Of a stretch of DNA of 64,000 nucleotides, positions 1 to 11,223 are shown piece after piece; the stretch's first letter is position 1, and each line of letters begins with the position of its first letter. The position numbers were made by a program, and so were the translations under genes. Origin of the DNA: Takakia lepidozioides (lineage: Eukaryota > Plantae > Bryophyta); NCBI GenBank assembly GCA_030704615.1, contig CM060734.1, positions 63,798,001 to 63,862,000 on the forward strand, in the 5' to 3' direction. The notes beneath the pieces were generated by a model. The model saw only the letters and a list, made by a program, of their open reading frames with translations. It made no database searches and was not told the origin of the DNA.

Positions 1-1377
1 CAGGGTGCTTAAATATTGAGCTAAGTGTTCATGGACTCGGCTCATTTTTGGTATGTCATGCATAAATGAGCTAGGCCCACTGCTATATGGTTGGAATCTC
101 TGGATGATTTTTGGTAGGTTTCTAGGGGCAATTTATTGCAGCTGGGTACCAAAAATTGGTAAAAAGTCAAAAAAGGGCTTGGGAACTTAAAGGTTAAATA
201 AGATAGAGGTATTTAATTCAGACCTAAAATCTTTCACGATGAGTACAAATTAATTTTGAAAATGTCCACCACCTTGACATAAAAACTTGCGTCGGTTCTA
301 AGTCACCTAACAAAAAACTTTGAAACCTTATGATTTTTGAATCCACGGATTCTTTGCTGCATTGGAATCCACTTTTAATTTGCTAACAAAAATATACAAA
401 AACTTGACCATTCTAATAGTAATAACTATGCCCAGTGATTAATATATCATTTATTTTTGTACGATCACCTTACTTTTGACAACAACAAAAAAATTAGGTT
501 TCACTTCAATCACAAAATCGGAAACTATGCTCTATTTTCGAACGATTGCCATTGTGGAATACCTCACAGACGAGAGAGAGAGCGTGATACTGCATATGAG
601 GACTCCTGCCTAAGTCGCCGAGCACAACCGCTCTCCGCCTTTGACTGGTCTGCTTGCGCTTCCCGAACAACGATCGAAACGAAAGCCATGATCAAGATCC
701 GCATCCTCCTCCTCCATGGCCCTATGCACGGAGAGCTAGGGTTGCAAGAACCCCTATGCAATCGGAGACGGGGAATTGAGCAATAAATGCTTGGAGAGGA
801 AATGTTGGGGTGACAGAAACGAAATACATGAAAATGTGGCGTGTGATTGCAGTGGAGAATCAAAACAAAAACAAATGAAAAACAGGAGAGGAACTCAAAG
901 ATTGCAAGGTGGTATGGAATTGGAAAGAAGAGCACCGACTAAAAACCTTGAGGCGGAGTTTCCCTTGCAACGCAAAGACAGACATTCTCCAGTCAGCAAG
1001 TGGAGGGCCCGTTTCCTGACATGCACGAGGTGGCGGTGCCCCGTTATGAGATCTGCGGTTTGCCGGTTTAGTTGGGCTCTAAGAAAATTGAAGGGCAGCC
1101 CGCCCCTGCATGCAGCCCGCCCCTGCATGCAGCCCGGCTCCAAAATGTAAAAATCACCCAACTATTTGTGCAACTTTGTAGGTCACTATATATCAATGTC
1201 ATACATTAAATTTTTTGACTTGTACATTACTAAATAATGGTTTTCATCTTTTACTCCCTTTGTTCCAAAATAAAAAGCACTTTTGATTTCTTCATGTATT
1301 TGTACCTCTTCATATATTTGTATTCTTCACGTATTTGTATTTATTATTTTATTTTAGTTTACTGTATTGTTTTTTCT

Positions 1378-1594
1378 AAAAAAAAGGGGAACACCTGGGG
1401 GCGACAGCTCACAAATCAGGCCCCTTAACAGTGAGAGGAGAAAATAACCTCTTTCACAGTAACCCGCGGAGCAAGGCATAGGATCGGGACCAGGAACCGG
1501 GGAGAAGAGTATGCCACACCCGTCAGTAGCAGGATTCGACCCCAGAATCGCCTCGGTCGCACTTAGTGCACTTAGCCAACTGAGCTATCGGCTG
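1378..1594 (-). mobile_element. tRNA-derived SINE-like element
   Basis: Minus strand has a Pol III A box TAGCTCAGTTGG (1587-1576) and B box GGGTCGAATCC (1542-1532) 33 nt apart, a ~140-nt non-tRNA body and an oligo-T end. No cloverleaf acceptor stem. The 3' body recurs at ~19642-19706. No clear TSD. Confidence 0.6.
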
Positions 1595-2241
1595 TTGGTT
1601 TTTAATTTCCGAATGGTAAATCACAAAAAATCAAAAGTGATTACGGAAATCACTGCAGAGAAGCCGACGTCAACACACACAAGGAATCTGATACTCAAAG
1701 TGCCTGCACATCTTCCAATGACATGAAAAACTCTAGTCTACAACTCCTAGTAGAAGTCTATCTTAACGCTATTTGGTTCACTTGACTCACCGCCAAGTGT
1801 AGCCAAAACAAAACTTCAAGAATATTCACACCTAATCTTGATTCTCAATGGCACCTGATGCCCAGTGCACTACACACAACCACGCCTTGGTGTTGAGCAA
1901 ATTGACCTGCCGCCTCCCCTGGAAACAAAATTATTCTGGAATATCCTGCAAACATGTCACACCATCGTATCATGCAGTGTAACACAAAGCTGATGAGCTC
2001 ATTGATTGGTTCATGAAAACATACTTGTCATTAATTTGTGTCCCTTTTTCACAGGTTCTTGAAGTTGGTCCATGGTTGAATACAGAAGCAGTCTAACTTA
2101 GTAGTATACTTCTATAGCGTGGAAAGGTGTGACAGCAACAAGAGAATATAGAAATGTCACCAAACACCAAAAAATAGAGCCAGTACCCCAATGAATCTCA
2201 CCTTCTCAATACTCCATGAGCCATCACAAAATTTGTCCCCG

Positions 2242-5200
2242 TCACTCCTTGATAGAACGTAAGAAATCACATAACACGCGGTCAAACAAATCCTCCGCTT
2301 CTACCTGTCCAATATAGCCAATTAAACGATTATCTTGCCATTCAGATTGGAGTTTAGCTGGCTTCTTTGCAGGATAGGCAACTACCAAGCTGATGCAACC
2401 ATCTTTGCATGCGGCAAGCACCCTCGTTTTGGACTCGGAACTATTCTTGTACATCTGTTCCGGATCTGTAGTTGCCACTGCTCTAGCCCACTGCACCTCA
2501 GATCGCAGCTTCAGTTGACAGAAGACAGGAATCTTCAAATTCCCAAGTCTCACAACAAAAAGAACATCAGCTCCAGATCTGTCGTCAAAAATGAGGCATG
2601 GCGGACAAGATTTCTCTTCAGCATCAAGAAATTTACTTACGGTGTGGATCCCATATGACTCCCTCCACACTCCTTCACCTTCACCGGTAATCGTTGGCTT
2701 GTCCCTTGCGAATTTTGGAGGCAGGGTTGCATCCTTGAAACAGCACATATCGGCCAACAATTTTGTGCCGTCAAACAGCTTGGCCACATGAACTGTGAAA
2801 AGTTTCTCCCATGCCCTACCCATTGCACTGGGATCATCCTTGCAATCAACCATGTAGTCTTTAAGTGATTTCTCAAATGAATGGTTGATCGTCAAATAGT
2901 TCAGGATGCTATGATGGACTGTCGGTTCGACTATAGAGAAAGTGAATTGGGAACCTGTTGAATGGTGTAGCTGTCCAAGGCCACACTCGAGCAAAGTCAT
3001 ATCTCCGTCCGTTGAAACGGTATGTTCTCCCCTCCCTGCATAGGCAAAGGAGGTTCCTATTCTTTGCACCAAGGAAGCACCATTGAATGATTCTTCTTTC
3101 AGGACAAATGTGCCTTTTGCTCCACACAGAGCGCTCACAGCATAATAAATGGAAGTGCTGTCATTGGTGTTGCTTGTGATCTCCTTGAAATAGTTGTCTA
3201 CTACCGTTATATCCCATCTACCTCCAGCCTTCCTCAGAAGGCGCTCGACACAACTTACCAAACACCTTCGACGGCCTCTGAACTTTTCCAGCAGATACTG
3301 GGCATTGTCCTCCATATGATCATCCTCTAGCTTCAGGTACTCGCTGCAGAATTTCAGAACCTGACGCACATCTGTCCATGAAGAAAACGGAGCAGAAGAA
3401 AATTGAACCGGGCCACCACCCCCTTCTTTTGCAATCAGCGAACCTATGTCCACTTGCAGCTTCAAAAAGCTGACACCTGTACCAGCAACAAATACTTTCT
3501 GCTTTCGCAACGCCGTAGATGGCCTCAATAGGGCTTTGATCAACGGAGAAAAAATGGACCTTAGCTCTTTCGTCTCGGGGGATTCATAGTCATTTACATT
3601 TTTCCTTCCCAACACCTGCGCTTCATCCAGAACTACAGTGAAAGTGCCAACCTTCCCCTCTAAATCCGTCCACAGTTTTTCTATCCTAGCATTTAGCCCC
3701 TCTGAATCTTCCAGGGAAGTAACCACGTTTAAAAGTTTCTGAGTAAGCACATCATATAGATCGTTACGATCTGCACCAAGGAAAGCACGGAATTGCACCT
3801 GGAGCATGAGCCATTGCAGAGGACTCAAATCAGGAATTTCTTGGTGACAAAATTCCAAGATTAACAACCTTGAAAGAATGGCACACCTCATACGTTTCAT
3901 CACATTCCTGTGATTCATTGCCTTATCGACCTCTATCTCATGATAACTCACAGAGGCGACATCATCTGACCCACCATTTCCTTTGGTTTTAGCTGTCCAA
4001 TAAAAACCCCACTTCTCTGCAAGCAGCTCGTAAAGAAACCGAGTTTTCCCACTCCCACTCACTCCAACAACTGGCACAACACCAGTCGAGCCATCATTCG
4101 CTCGTTCCCACAAATCACCAACATCTTCAGTCCAACGAGCAGTTAATTTATCCAGTAAAATGATTGGATAACCACGGTGGTCGAGTGGCACACCGTTCTG
4201 TATAGACAAATTGCACCCCATCTTTTTGAACGTGTCCAAAAACTCAGAAAATTTCAATTTCCATTCTTGCATAACCACCTTCACTGATTCTGTAAGCAAA
4301 ACCCACACACTTTCCGTCACTCCTGACAGATCCATGTATCTGAAGAAAAATAAGAGCATCCTATCTTGCAAATAATTGAACAATACAAAAGATACACCAA
4401 CAAAGCCTATGACCAAAGAAAATGCAAAGAGAAGGGGAACATGGAAGGGAAGGCCAAGTAACAGAGTAGCTCTACCTGAAAACCCGTTTCCAGAGGATTT
4501 CAATCTCTTCGCAGATCTCTCTCCCCTGCAAATATGTCAGATTTTGTCAAATTTCAAAAGATCTGCATTCATCCAAACTCTTACCATGGAATTACTGATG
4601 AAACTGCTGTTGTATGGCAGCATCCTGTAACCCTAAACCCTAAATCTGAGCACACACCTATCTCTATCAGTCATGGAATATTTAGAAGTTTTCAATCTCT
4701 TCCCAAATCTCTCTCCCACTGCATATATGTCAGACTCCACCCATCACAGAGTAGGTCCTGGCCTTGAAAGAGGCCCTCCCACACTTTACACAGTCGCGTC
4801 AAGATCTCTCCTCTTGCCCATGGTGATACAAGGAGGGAGGTAGAAGGTGCTGTAGATTCTTGGGAGAGCTTCGCCACTTCTGCTGCAGATAGAGTCATGG
4901 AAGGAAACTAATTATCTGTGGTAGAGCAGTAAATTGGTGGACCCATGAGGTCAAGCTCAAGATTGCTGAGAGGCAGGCGCTCTATAAGGACTGCTGTAAT
5001 ATCAAAGATGAAAACAAACAAACGTGTCTTTCAAAGGACCCTCCTCATATTTTACTTGTTAACATGGATCTATCGGATGAATAAACTGCGTGTATCAACA
5101 GGATCACACACGGGATTGGGAAAAGCTGTTGAAACCCTGAGTGCACAACGCAGCCAAGAAACCAAAAAAATTGCAAACATTAAGAGTCTACAAAACCTAT

Positions 5201-5658
5201 CCAATAAAGCAGCTAGGAGTGAAACATACCAGGAGCAGGAGCAGGAGCTCGTAGGAACGCGTCCTTGCCTGCGACATATTCAAACCGTCTCAAATAAATC
5301 ACTGAAGGAAGCTTCCAGGGAGCAAGTCCAGAAATCCGTTGACATTCAAAGAGAAATATCGCATGCAAAAGAATACTAGTGCTACCAACAAACATATACC
5401 TGTAGACGCTCCATCACCAGTGACCATCAAAGGATCGTCTTCCGTTCCTGCATGATTGACGGCCTTGGCCTTCTTGATCTCCTCCCAGGTATGTTTTGAC
5501 TCGAGGTCTCTCTCAGGAAACCGACCTCCGTCCAATTTGATAGTATCTGGACGCAACCCGAACTCGTTCCCAAGTGCACCGAAATCAATCCTACCATCAG
5601 GGGTACAGAAAATCTTAACGGGTGCAGATATATCCGTCTTGAAGTAGACAGAGACCAT
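2242..5658 (-). CDS. Crinkler/RHS-type (CR) protein: N-terminal header + P-loop NTPase + C-terminal PD-(D/E)xK restriction-endonuclease-like domain, ~822 aa
   Basis: Phase-consistent GT-AG model: exons 5658-5400, 5268-5230, 4624-4585, 4525-4476, 4322-2242 (2469 nt, no stops). Walker A GVSGSGKT followed by WGFYWT, Walker B TVVLDEAQ, VAGTG, FRGRRR; C-terminal GRAWE...GADVLF...FCQLK nuclease signature. The small linker exons are less certain. Confidence 0.75.
4748..5000 (+). mobile_element. LINE ORF2 fragment (endonuclease-RT linker) in an intron of the CR gene
   Basis: Aligns by eye with 42856-43102 (aaactaattatctgtggtagagcagtaaattggtggacc vs aaactaattgtctgtgctagagctgttaattggtggacc); encodes KLIICGRAVNWWTHEVKLKIAERQALYK. 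Confidence 0.65.
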
Positions 5659-6044
5659 GGTGAAAACCTGACCCTGAACAAGTGAATGCACTGGTTTTCC
5701 AAACACAGAGAACTTGAGATTCATACACCACAAGGAAGAAAGAAAGAAAGAAAGCGGAGCAAATACAAGCAGAAATCGAAAGCTGATTAGCAAATCGTGC
5801 GGGAGTAAAATTCAGAACCACGCCGCCGCTCCCAAACACACACCGACGCAGGCCAAAGCAGGGCCAGCAAGGTACCTGAGCGAGAAGGCGGAGTTGGCGA
5901 CGACGGAATTGCGGAGCCTGATGAATAAAGGGCGAAGTGAAGAGAGAGGAAAGGGGACGTGAGCTCCTCAGACAAGGAGCGTCGCTCTGCTGAAAGAGCA
6001 AAACATGGATGGTCTGGACTCCGGGGCCGGTCCAGGGTCCTTAC

Positions 6045-8826
6045 CAGTGTTGGGCGGTTCTTGCCTTTGTGAAGGAAACTTCGGTTCCGGTTCCACAAAT
6101 TTTTGAAGAGACGGTTCCGGATCCGGATCCGGCTATTTTTTATTAAGGCGGCTATTTTTTATTAAGGCGGTCCCGGTCCGGTTCAGGTTCTGACTTTTTA
6201 ACATGGGGGCGGTTCCGGTTACCGGTTAGTTGCTGGAAAAAAAACACCGGTTCCAGTTAGGTTCCTGTTCTTTTTTTTAAATATATTAAATTCTTTTAAT
6301 TTTTTTATTCTTCTGGAAAATTAGATGAACTGATCTGATTCGTCATACTGAATATTCAGAATTTTCAACTAAAACCAGGGAATTTATTAGTAAAACAAAA
6401 GTAAATAAACTTATATGTTTTTTGTGACTGTCTTTTATGGTATATATAACAAGTTAAATACGCATGGTCTCCATTAAAAATGGAAAACCAGACTAACTAT
6501 ATAAGGATCTTAATTCAAAATACAAAACAAATTAAACATGTGTAATTCTATGGTTACCTTTTATGGTGTAAGCAAAAGCACAACTAAAAAAAACTACATA
6601 AATTTGTGTTTTTTGGATGATGCTTTGTCGATATAGCATACAACAAACTAAGTACACGGGATGTCACTGAAATTTTCAATAAAAATGACAAATAAACAAA
6701 CTCCAATCAAAGGAGTATAGTGTAATATGTTGAACAATAATTACAAATCATTCTACCTCAAAGAGGTTTGCCTCTGCAATCAAGTCCTCATTCTCATCTA
6801 AGAGGACTTCTTCCCTATCCAAAAACTCTTTCATGGAAGTACTAAAGCAACCAACTCTAGCATCATTTGGCCAATTCTTGACTACACTCACAAGCATATC
6901 AAGGTTTTCAATATTTAACCTGCACTGTCTCAAGCTTGTTATGACACCTGCAAAACTAAATACCCTCTCAGCTTCAATCTGAGATCCAACTATGCCCAAG
7001 ATTAACTGTGCCAAAAATCCCACATACGGAAAGAGAGACTCGTATTCTTTCCACCATTTCAAAGGAGCCACGCACTCACCCTCAATTATCTTCGTCCTTC
7101 TGAAATGTGATAGTTGTTCTCTCACTACTGTTAATGTCATGTCTTCATTGTGGTCATGCACACCAAATAAGGACATCTTGTCCATTGTGGAAATGGGCTG
7201 TGATTGGGCCGGAGTATCCGGATGTAAGACCTTGAAACACTTTACCAAAAGAGGCTCTAACACCATGCTATCATATTGGGACACAATATGCAAAACACGC
7301 TCTTTGCCCACATATTGTGATACCAATGACAACCCCTTGTAACGTGGGTCAAGCATAAGCGCGAGCATATTGTGAGCTTTGCGCGATTGAAACCCTTCCA
7401 AAAAAGAAAGAAATGGTTCCAAGACATATACCACCTCTTGAGCCATCCGCCATTCCAACAATGTCAACTCTGTTGAGAAATCCCCCAAGCAATGATCCAC
7501 AGTTGCAGCCCTGGGTGCACTACTTCCTCGCATGCGAATTGTTGTGGCAATGGCTACATTAAGAGCATCGGACAACAGCCAAAATCCCCCAGATTGATTC
7601 ATAATGCACTCATGAACCACAGGCCCTAGAACTGTAGAAATTGATTGGGCAATGGCCCACACTTGTGGACTTGGTATGCGAGACTGCAGTGCCAATGAGG
7701 TTTGCCTAGAGTAACAAGTGATTATGGCTTGCCTAAATTCCAAAGTCTCTTGGAAGAGGATCACCTTGGAAGCACCGTGTCTTCACCGGAGTCTTCAATT
7801 TGTGGGGATGAATGCCGCTGTCCACACATGCCTTTGCCCATTCTTGTCTTCCTTTGCCACTTTTTTTTGTCCAAGTAATGGTTTTTTGCAACTCTGATTG
7901 GGCATTTTTTTATAGAAACCGATCTCATATCTGCGCATACTTTTGCATCATTTGTTGCATACTGGCAACACTTGGACATTGCATGCCCAAAACAGCTACC
8001 CACAAATGGAGAATCCAACCCCAAACACGCACATGAGACCACCGAATTCAAAGCATTGGTCAAAGTGGCCAAGTTACCTCCCTCATCTTTGACGTAAGCA
8101 ATAATGCGAGTATTGAGGCCATACTTCACAAGAAGATTGTTGACTTGATGTGCCATGGCAGCCCCAGATGTGTCAGGTGTCTCAAACATGCCAAGAGTCA
8201 CATGACATTGCTCCCACTGTTCATTAATAAAGTGCGCTATGATGACAAAAGTGTCAGTTCCCCCTCTTGACATCCACAAATCAAAACTCACTGAGCAAGT
8301 AGCACAACTATGAAGAGATGGGGACATGTAGCGCTCTTTCGTCTTCTTTGCCAAGATTGGAATGGCCTCATTCACAAATGTCCGTCGAGAAGGGAAAACA
8401 ATCCGAGGATTTTGCCTCAACACCATCCTTCTTAGCCAAGGGGATTCTACCAAAGATAGTGGAACCAACTCCTTTGCAATGAACAAGACTAAATCCTCAT
8501 TGGACTGCTTATGTTGAACATCATTTTGGTTGTATGGAGTGGAGCTCCCCAAAAAAAAAACTATGTTTCCAGGAGTGGGGCCGGGCCTCTTTTTTGCTGG
8601 CCTACGGGCACTCTCAGGTCCTTCATTTTCCCTCTCAATCCACCTACGCAAAACAATGTCATGTTCTTGATCCACATGCTTTCGAAGGGCAGAGATACCA
8701 TTGGTTTTATTATAGGTCACAATGCCCTTCTTGCTTGCAGGAGTGACACCAACAGGATGACATAGAACACACCTCATTTGTTGTGGATTTGTTATGTCCA
8801 CTAGAGCAGAGTCTTTTGTTGTTGTT
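6045..8826 (-). mobile_element. hAT DNA transposon, 5' end deleted
   Basis: Terminus CAGTGTTGGGCGGTTC at 6045 followed by many CGGTTC(C) subterminal repeats (to ~6265). Transposase is on the minus strand. No matching opposite terminus seen in the window. Confidence 0.75.
6748..8826 (-). pseudogene. hAT transposase (BED finger, DDE, C-terminal dimerisation domain), frameshifted
   Basis: BED finger CVLC...LRKHVDQEH; catalytic SFDLW, VKDEG, QIEAERVFS; PLKWWK dimerisation motif. Frameshifts at ~7905 (A-run) and ~7775; N-terminus missing. Confidence 0.9.
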
Positions 8827-10316
8827 AGTGATAGGGAGGCATTCACTGGGCCTCAGCCTGGTCCCTGCCTCCAGGAGATGAAGGGTTCTACTCCAATTTG
8901 GTTCTTCCTTTTGTTTTGGAAACAAAGTGTGTTGGAGAGGGTATGTAGGGAGTTGAATGCATATGCATCAGAGCCTTTGGGTGAGAGCACACATGGTGGG
9001 CCTAGGTGGAAGCTTTTGACAGTGAGTGAGCTCCGAACTTGGATTGGCATCTGCATTTTTATGGGGATGAAGAAGCTACCTAAAACCAGATGTTACTGGC
9101 AACACTCCGAGTCTTTTTTCTCATGCCCTATCATCCGCCAGGTCATGACCCGTGACAGGTATGAGCGATACTTCGTTGTTTGCATTTGGTGGACAATGCC
9201 ACTTTGCACGATCATGGGAGCCCTCGATTTGATAAGCTGGGCAAGATTAGGTGGGCTTGTGATGAGGTAGTTGATAGGTGCAAGAGCCTGTGGAATCTCA
9301 ATAAGATGTTGACTGTTGACGAGGTGATGATCCGTTACAAGGGGAAATACTGTGCGATTAGGATGTATATGCCTAAGAAGCCATGCAAATGGGGCATCAA
9401 GGTGTGGGCGTTGGCTGACTTGGAGACCAGCTATGTGTATGATTTTCAGGTATACTGTGGGAAAAATGCAGGGGGCCCTGATGGTGAGAGGCTGAAAAGT
9501 GGGAAGGGTGAAGGCTATGATGTGGTGTGTGGGCTTGCCAATGGACTCCATGGTTTGGGGCATGTAATTGTCACTGACAATTACTTCACTTCTGTTCAGC
9601 TTTTGTACAATTTGGCCAAGCTTGGTACGTGGGCCACTGGCACAGTTCGTGTGAACAGAAAAGGCCTCCCTCCCTCCTTGCTATCCAAGAAAAAATCCAA
9701 GACTGCCAAGCAAGGCCAGTCCTGGTACAAGATGCATGTTTCCATGGAACTTGCGGCCGTGTTGTGGTGGGACAAAAATGGGGTATTCATGTTGTCATCT
9801 GCAACTAGACCAACATGCAGGCCTTCTTCTCCTGTTACTGTGAGATACTTTGTGGGACAGCAGAGAGTCTTGGTGCCATCTGTGCCTGCCCATGTGCAAT
9901 ATCAAACCTATATGCGAGGGGTAGATGTCCAAGACCAGCTCCGGGGAGCATATACTTTGCAGCTGCGCACTAAGAAATGGTGGCATCGTCTCTTTTTCTT
10001 CCTGATGGACACAACCTTGGTGAATGCATACATCTTGTATTCAGCCCATGCCACAAAGATGGGTCGGAGGCCCATGACACATTTGGAGTTCAATCTTGTT
10101 GTGGCATACGCCTTGACGGCAGGTTAGTGCACTGACAACATGGACAGGAGGGGGGATGGCTCTTGCACCTTTGTGCATCAATGTCTTCACACACCACAAC
10201 GGCGGTTGTGTGTTGTATGTCATGTCTACACTCACCATTACTGCCCTGGATGTGACGGCAGCCATATGTGCCTTGGTTCTTGCTGGAATCATGCACACCG
10301 CCACCCAATGAGGTGA
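8827..10316 (+). pseudogene. piggyBac (PGBD-type) DDD transposase with C-terminal Cys-rich domain
   Basis: FTGPQPGP...TPIWFFLLFW N-terminal motif; catalytic LTVDEVMI, VTDNYFTS, GVDVQDQ; KPCKWGIK; KKWWHRLFF. Frameshift ~9170 and in-frame TAG at 10125-10127, after which the same frame gives RRLCVVC..T.HYCPGC....MC..SCW..AH (stop 10314-10316). Confidence 0.9.
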
Positions 10317-10438
10317 CTGCAGATTATGTGGATTCTCTTTGGGCTTGTTGTGTTGGTGGTCTATTTGTGCATTGTGTTCTATGGGCTGTTGGTGGGTTGG
10401 CAGGTGTGCTCTTGGCGGCTGTGGAATGCGTGTGTGGG

Positions 10439-11168
10439 TGTCGCGGCCCTTTGCCTTGAGGGTAGGGGAGGTCGGGACACATGAGGGGCTGCCCCTGTGG
10501 TGGGGGCAGCGGCAGCGATAGGTACGGGGGGCTGAAGCACCCTTGAGTGCCCAAGGCACTCAAGGAGGCGGAGGCGCTCACTAGGTGGAGCCCTGCACAT
10601 CGGGTTGCGGTGGGGGTGGCTCCACAAGGGGTGGTGGTAGCTTAGCGGGACTTAGTGGGGGTGGCATAGGACTCACCATGGGGGCGGAGACCTCGTGGTG
10701 GGAGTCGTGGGGAGTCTTGGGACTCATCACGGTCCATAGGGGCCGTGGTGAGTGGGCCAAGACTCACCGCGACTCACCACCGGGAGTCGAGGATTTTCGT
10801 GGTGGTTCGCCATAAAATGGCATGGCTGGTTGTGAAACCCCCGCGGACAGCTACAGAAGTATATATAAGGGGAGTAGTGACCCCGAGAACGGTGCAAGCC
10901 CGTTGGTGACCAAAAACTAGTGAGTAAGCGAGCGAGCCGGAAAGCGACCAAAGAGTGAGGAGCTGTTCCGGACTGCCAACTACCAAAGGGAATTCCACTA
11001 GGCCCAAAGAGGTGGAGGGTTTAGTGGGAGAGCGAAGGGGGACCGTTATGTCCCGGTGAGCAGCCGAAGCTCCAAGTTGGCCCGGCGGCTAGGTTGGGAG
11101 TCAGGCGCGCGCATCAGAGCGAGTAACTATGACTTGAAGGGGAGCTTACCGAAGTGAGGTGCGCGACA
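10439..11168 (+). repeat. 5' LTR of chromovirus
   Basis: TGTCGCG...CGCGACA terminal inverted repeat; TATA-like TATATAA at ~10862; 5 mismatches to the 3' LTR by eye. Confidence 0.95.
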
Positions 11169-11170
11169 CT

Positions 11171-11182
11171 TGGTATCAGAGC
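11171..11182 (+). promoter_or_regulatory. Primer binding site (tRNA-iMet)
   Basis: TGGTATCAGAGC 2 nt after the LTR end. Confidence 0.95.
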
Positions 11183-11223
11183 TTAGAATTCAGTACGCGA
11201 TCGTCCTTGGGATTGGCCTCATC

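Noticed and set aside
1-1160. Short ORFs and the GCAGCCCGCCCCTGCAT duplication (~1094-1134)
   Set aside because: No recognisable protein motif. Possibly a DNA-transposon end, but no TIR/TSD can be established within the window.
1520-1594. tRNA gene
   Set aside because: A/B boxes are present but there is no acceptor or anticodon stem pairing; better explained as a SINE head.
4323-4475. Hydrophobic 'transmembrane' N-terminus of the 753-aa ORF
   Set aside because: Corresponds to a T-rich, in-frame 153-nt GT-AG intron.
4629-4644. AACCCTAAACCCTAAA as an interstitial telomere
   Set aside because: Only two repeats; an ordinary telo-box-like motif.
4692-4898. 68-aa minus-strand ORF as an exon or domain of the CR gene
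   Set aside because: It is mostly the antisense of the LINE fragment homologous to 42856-43102.
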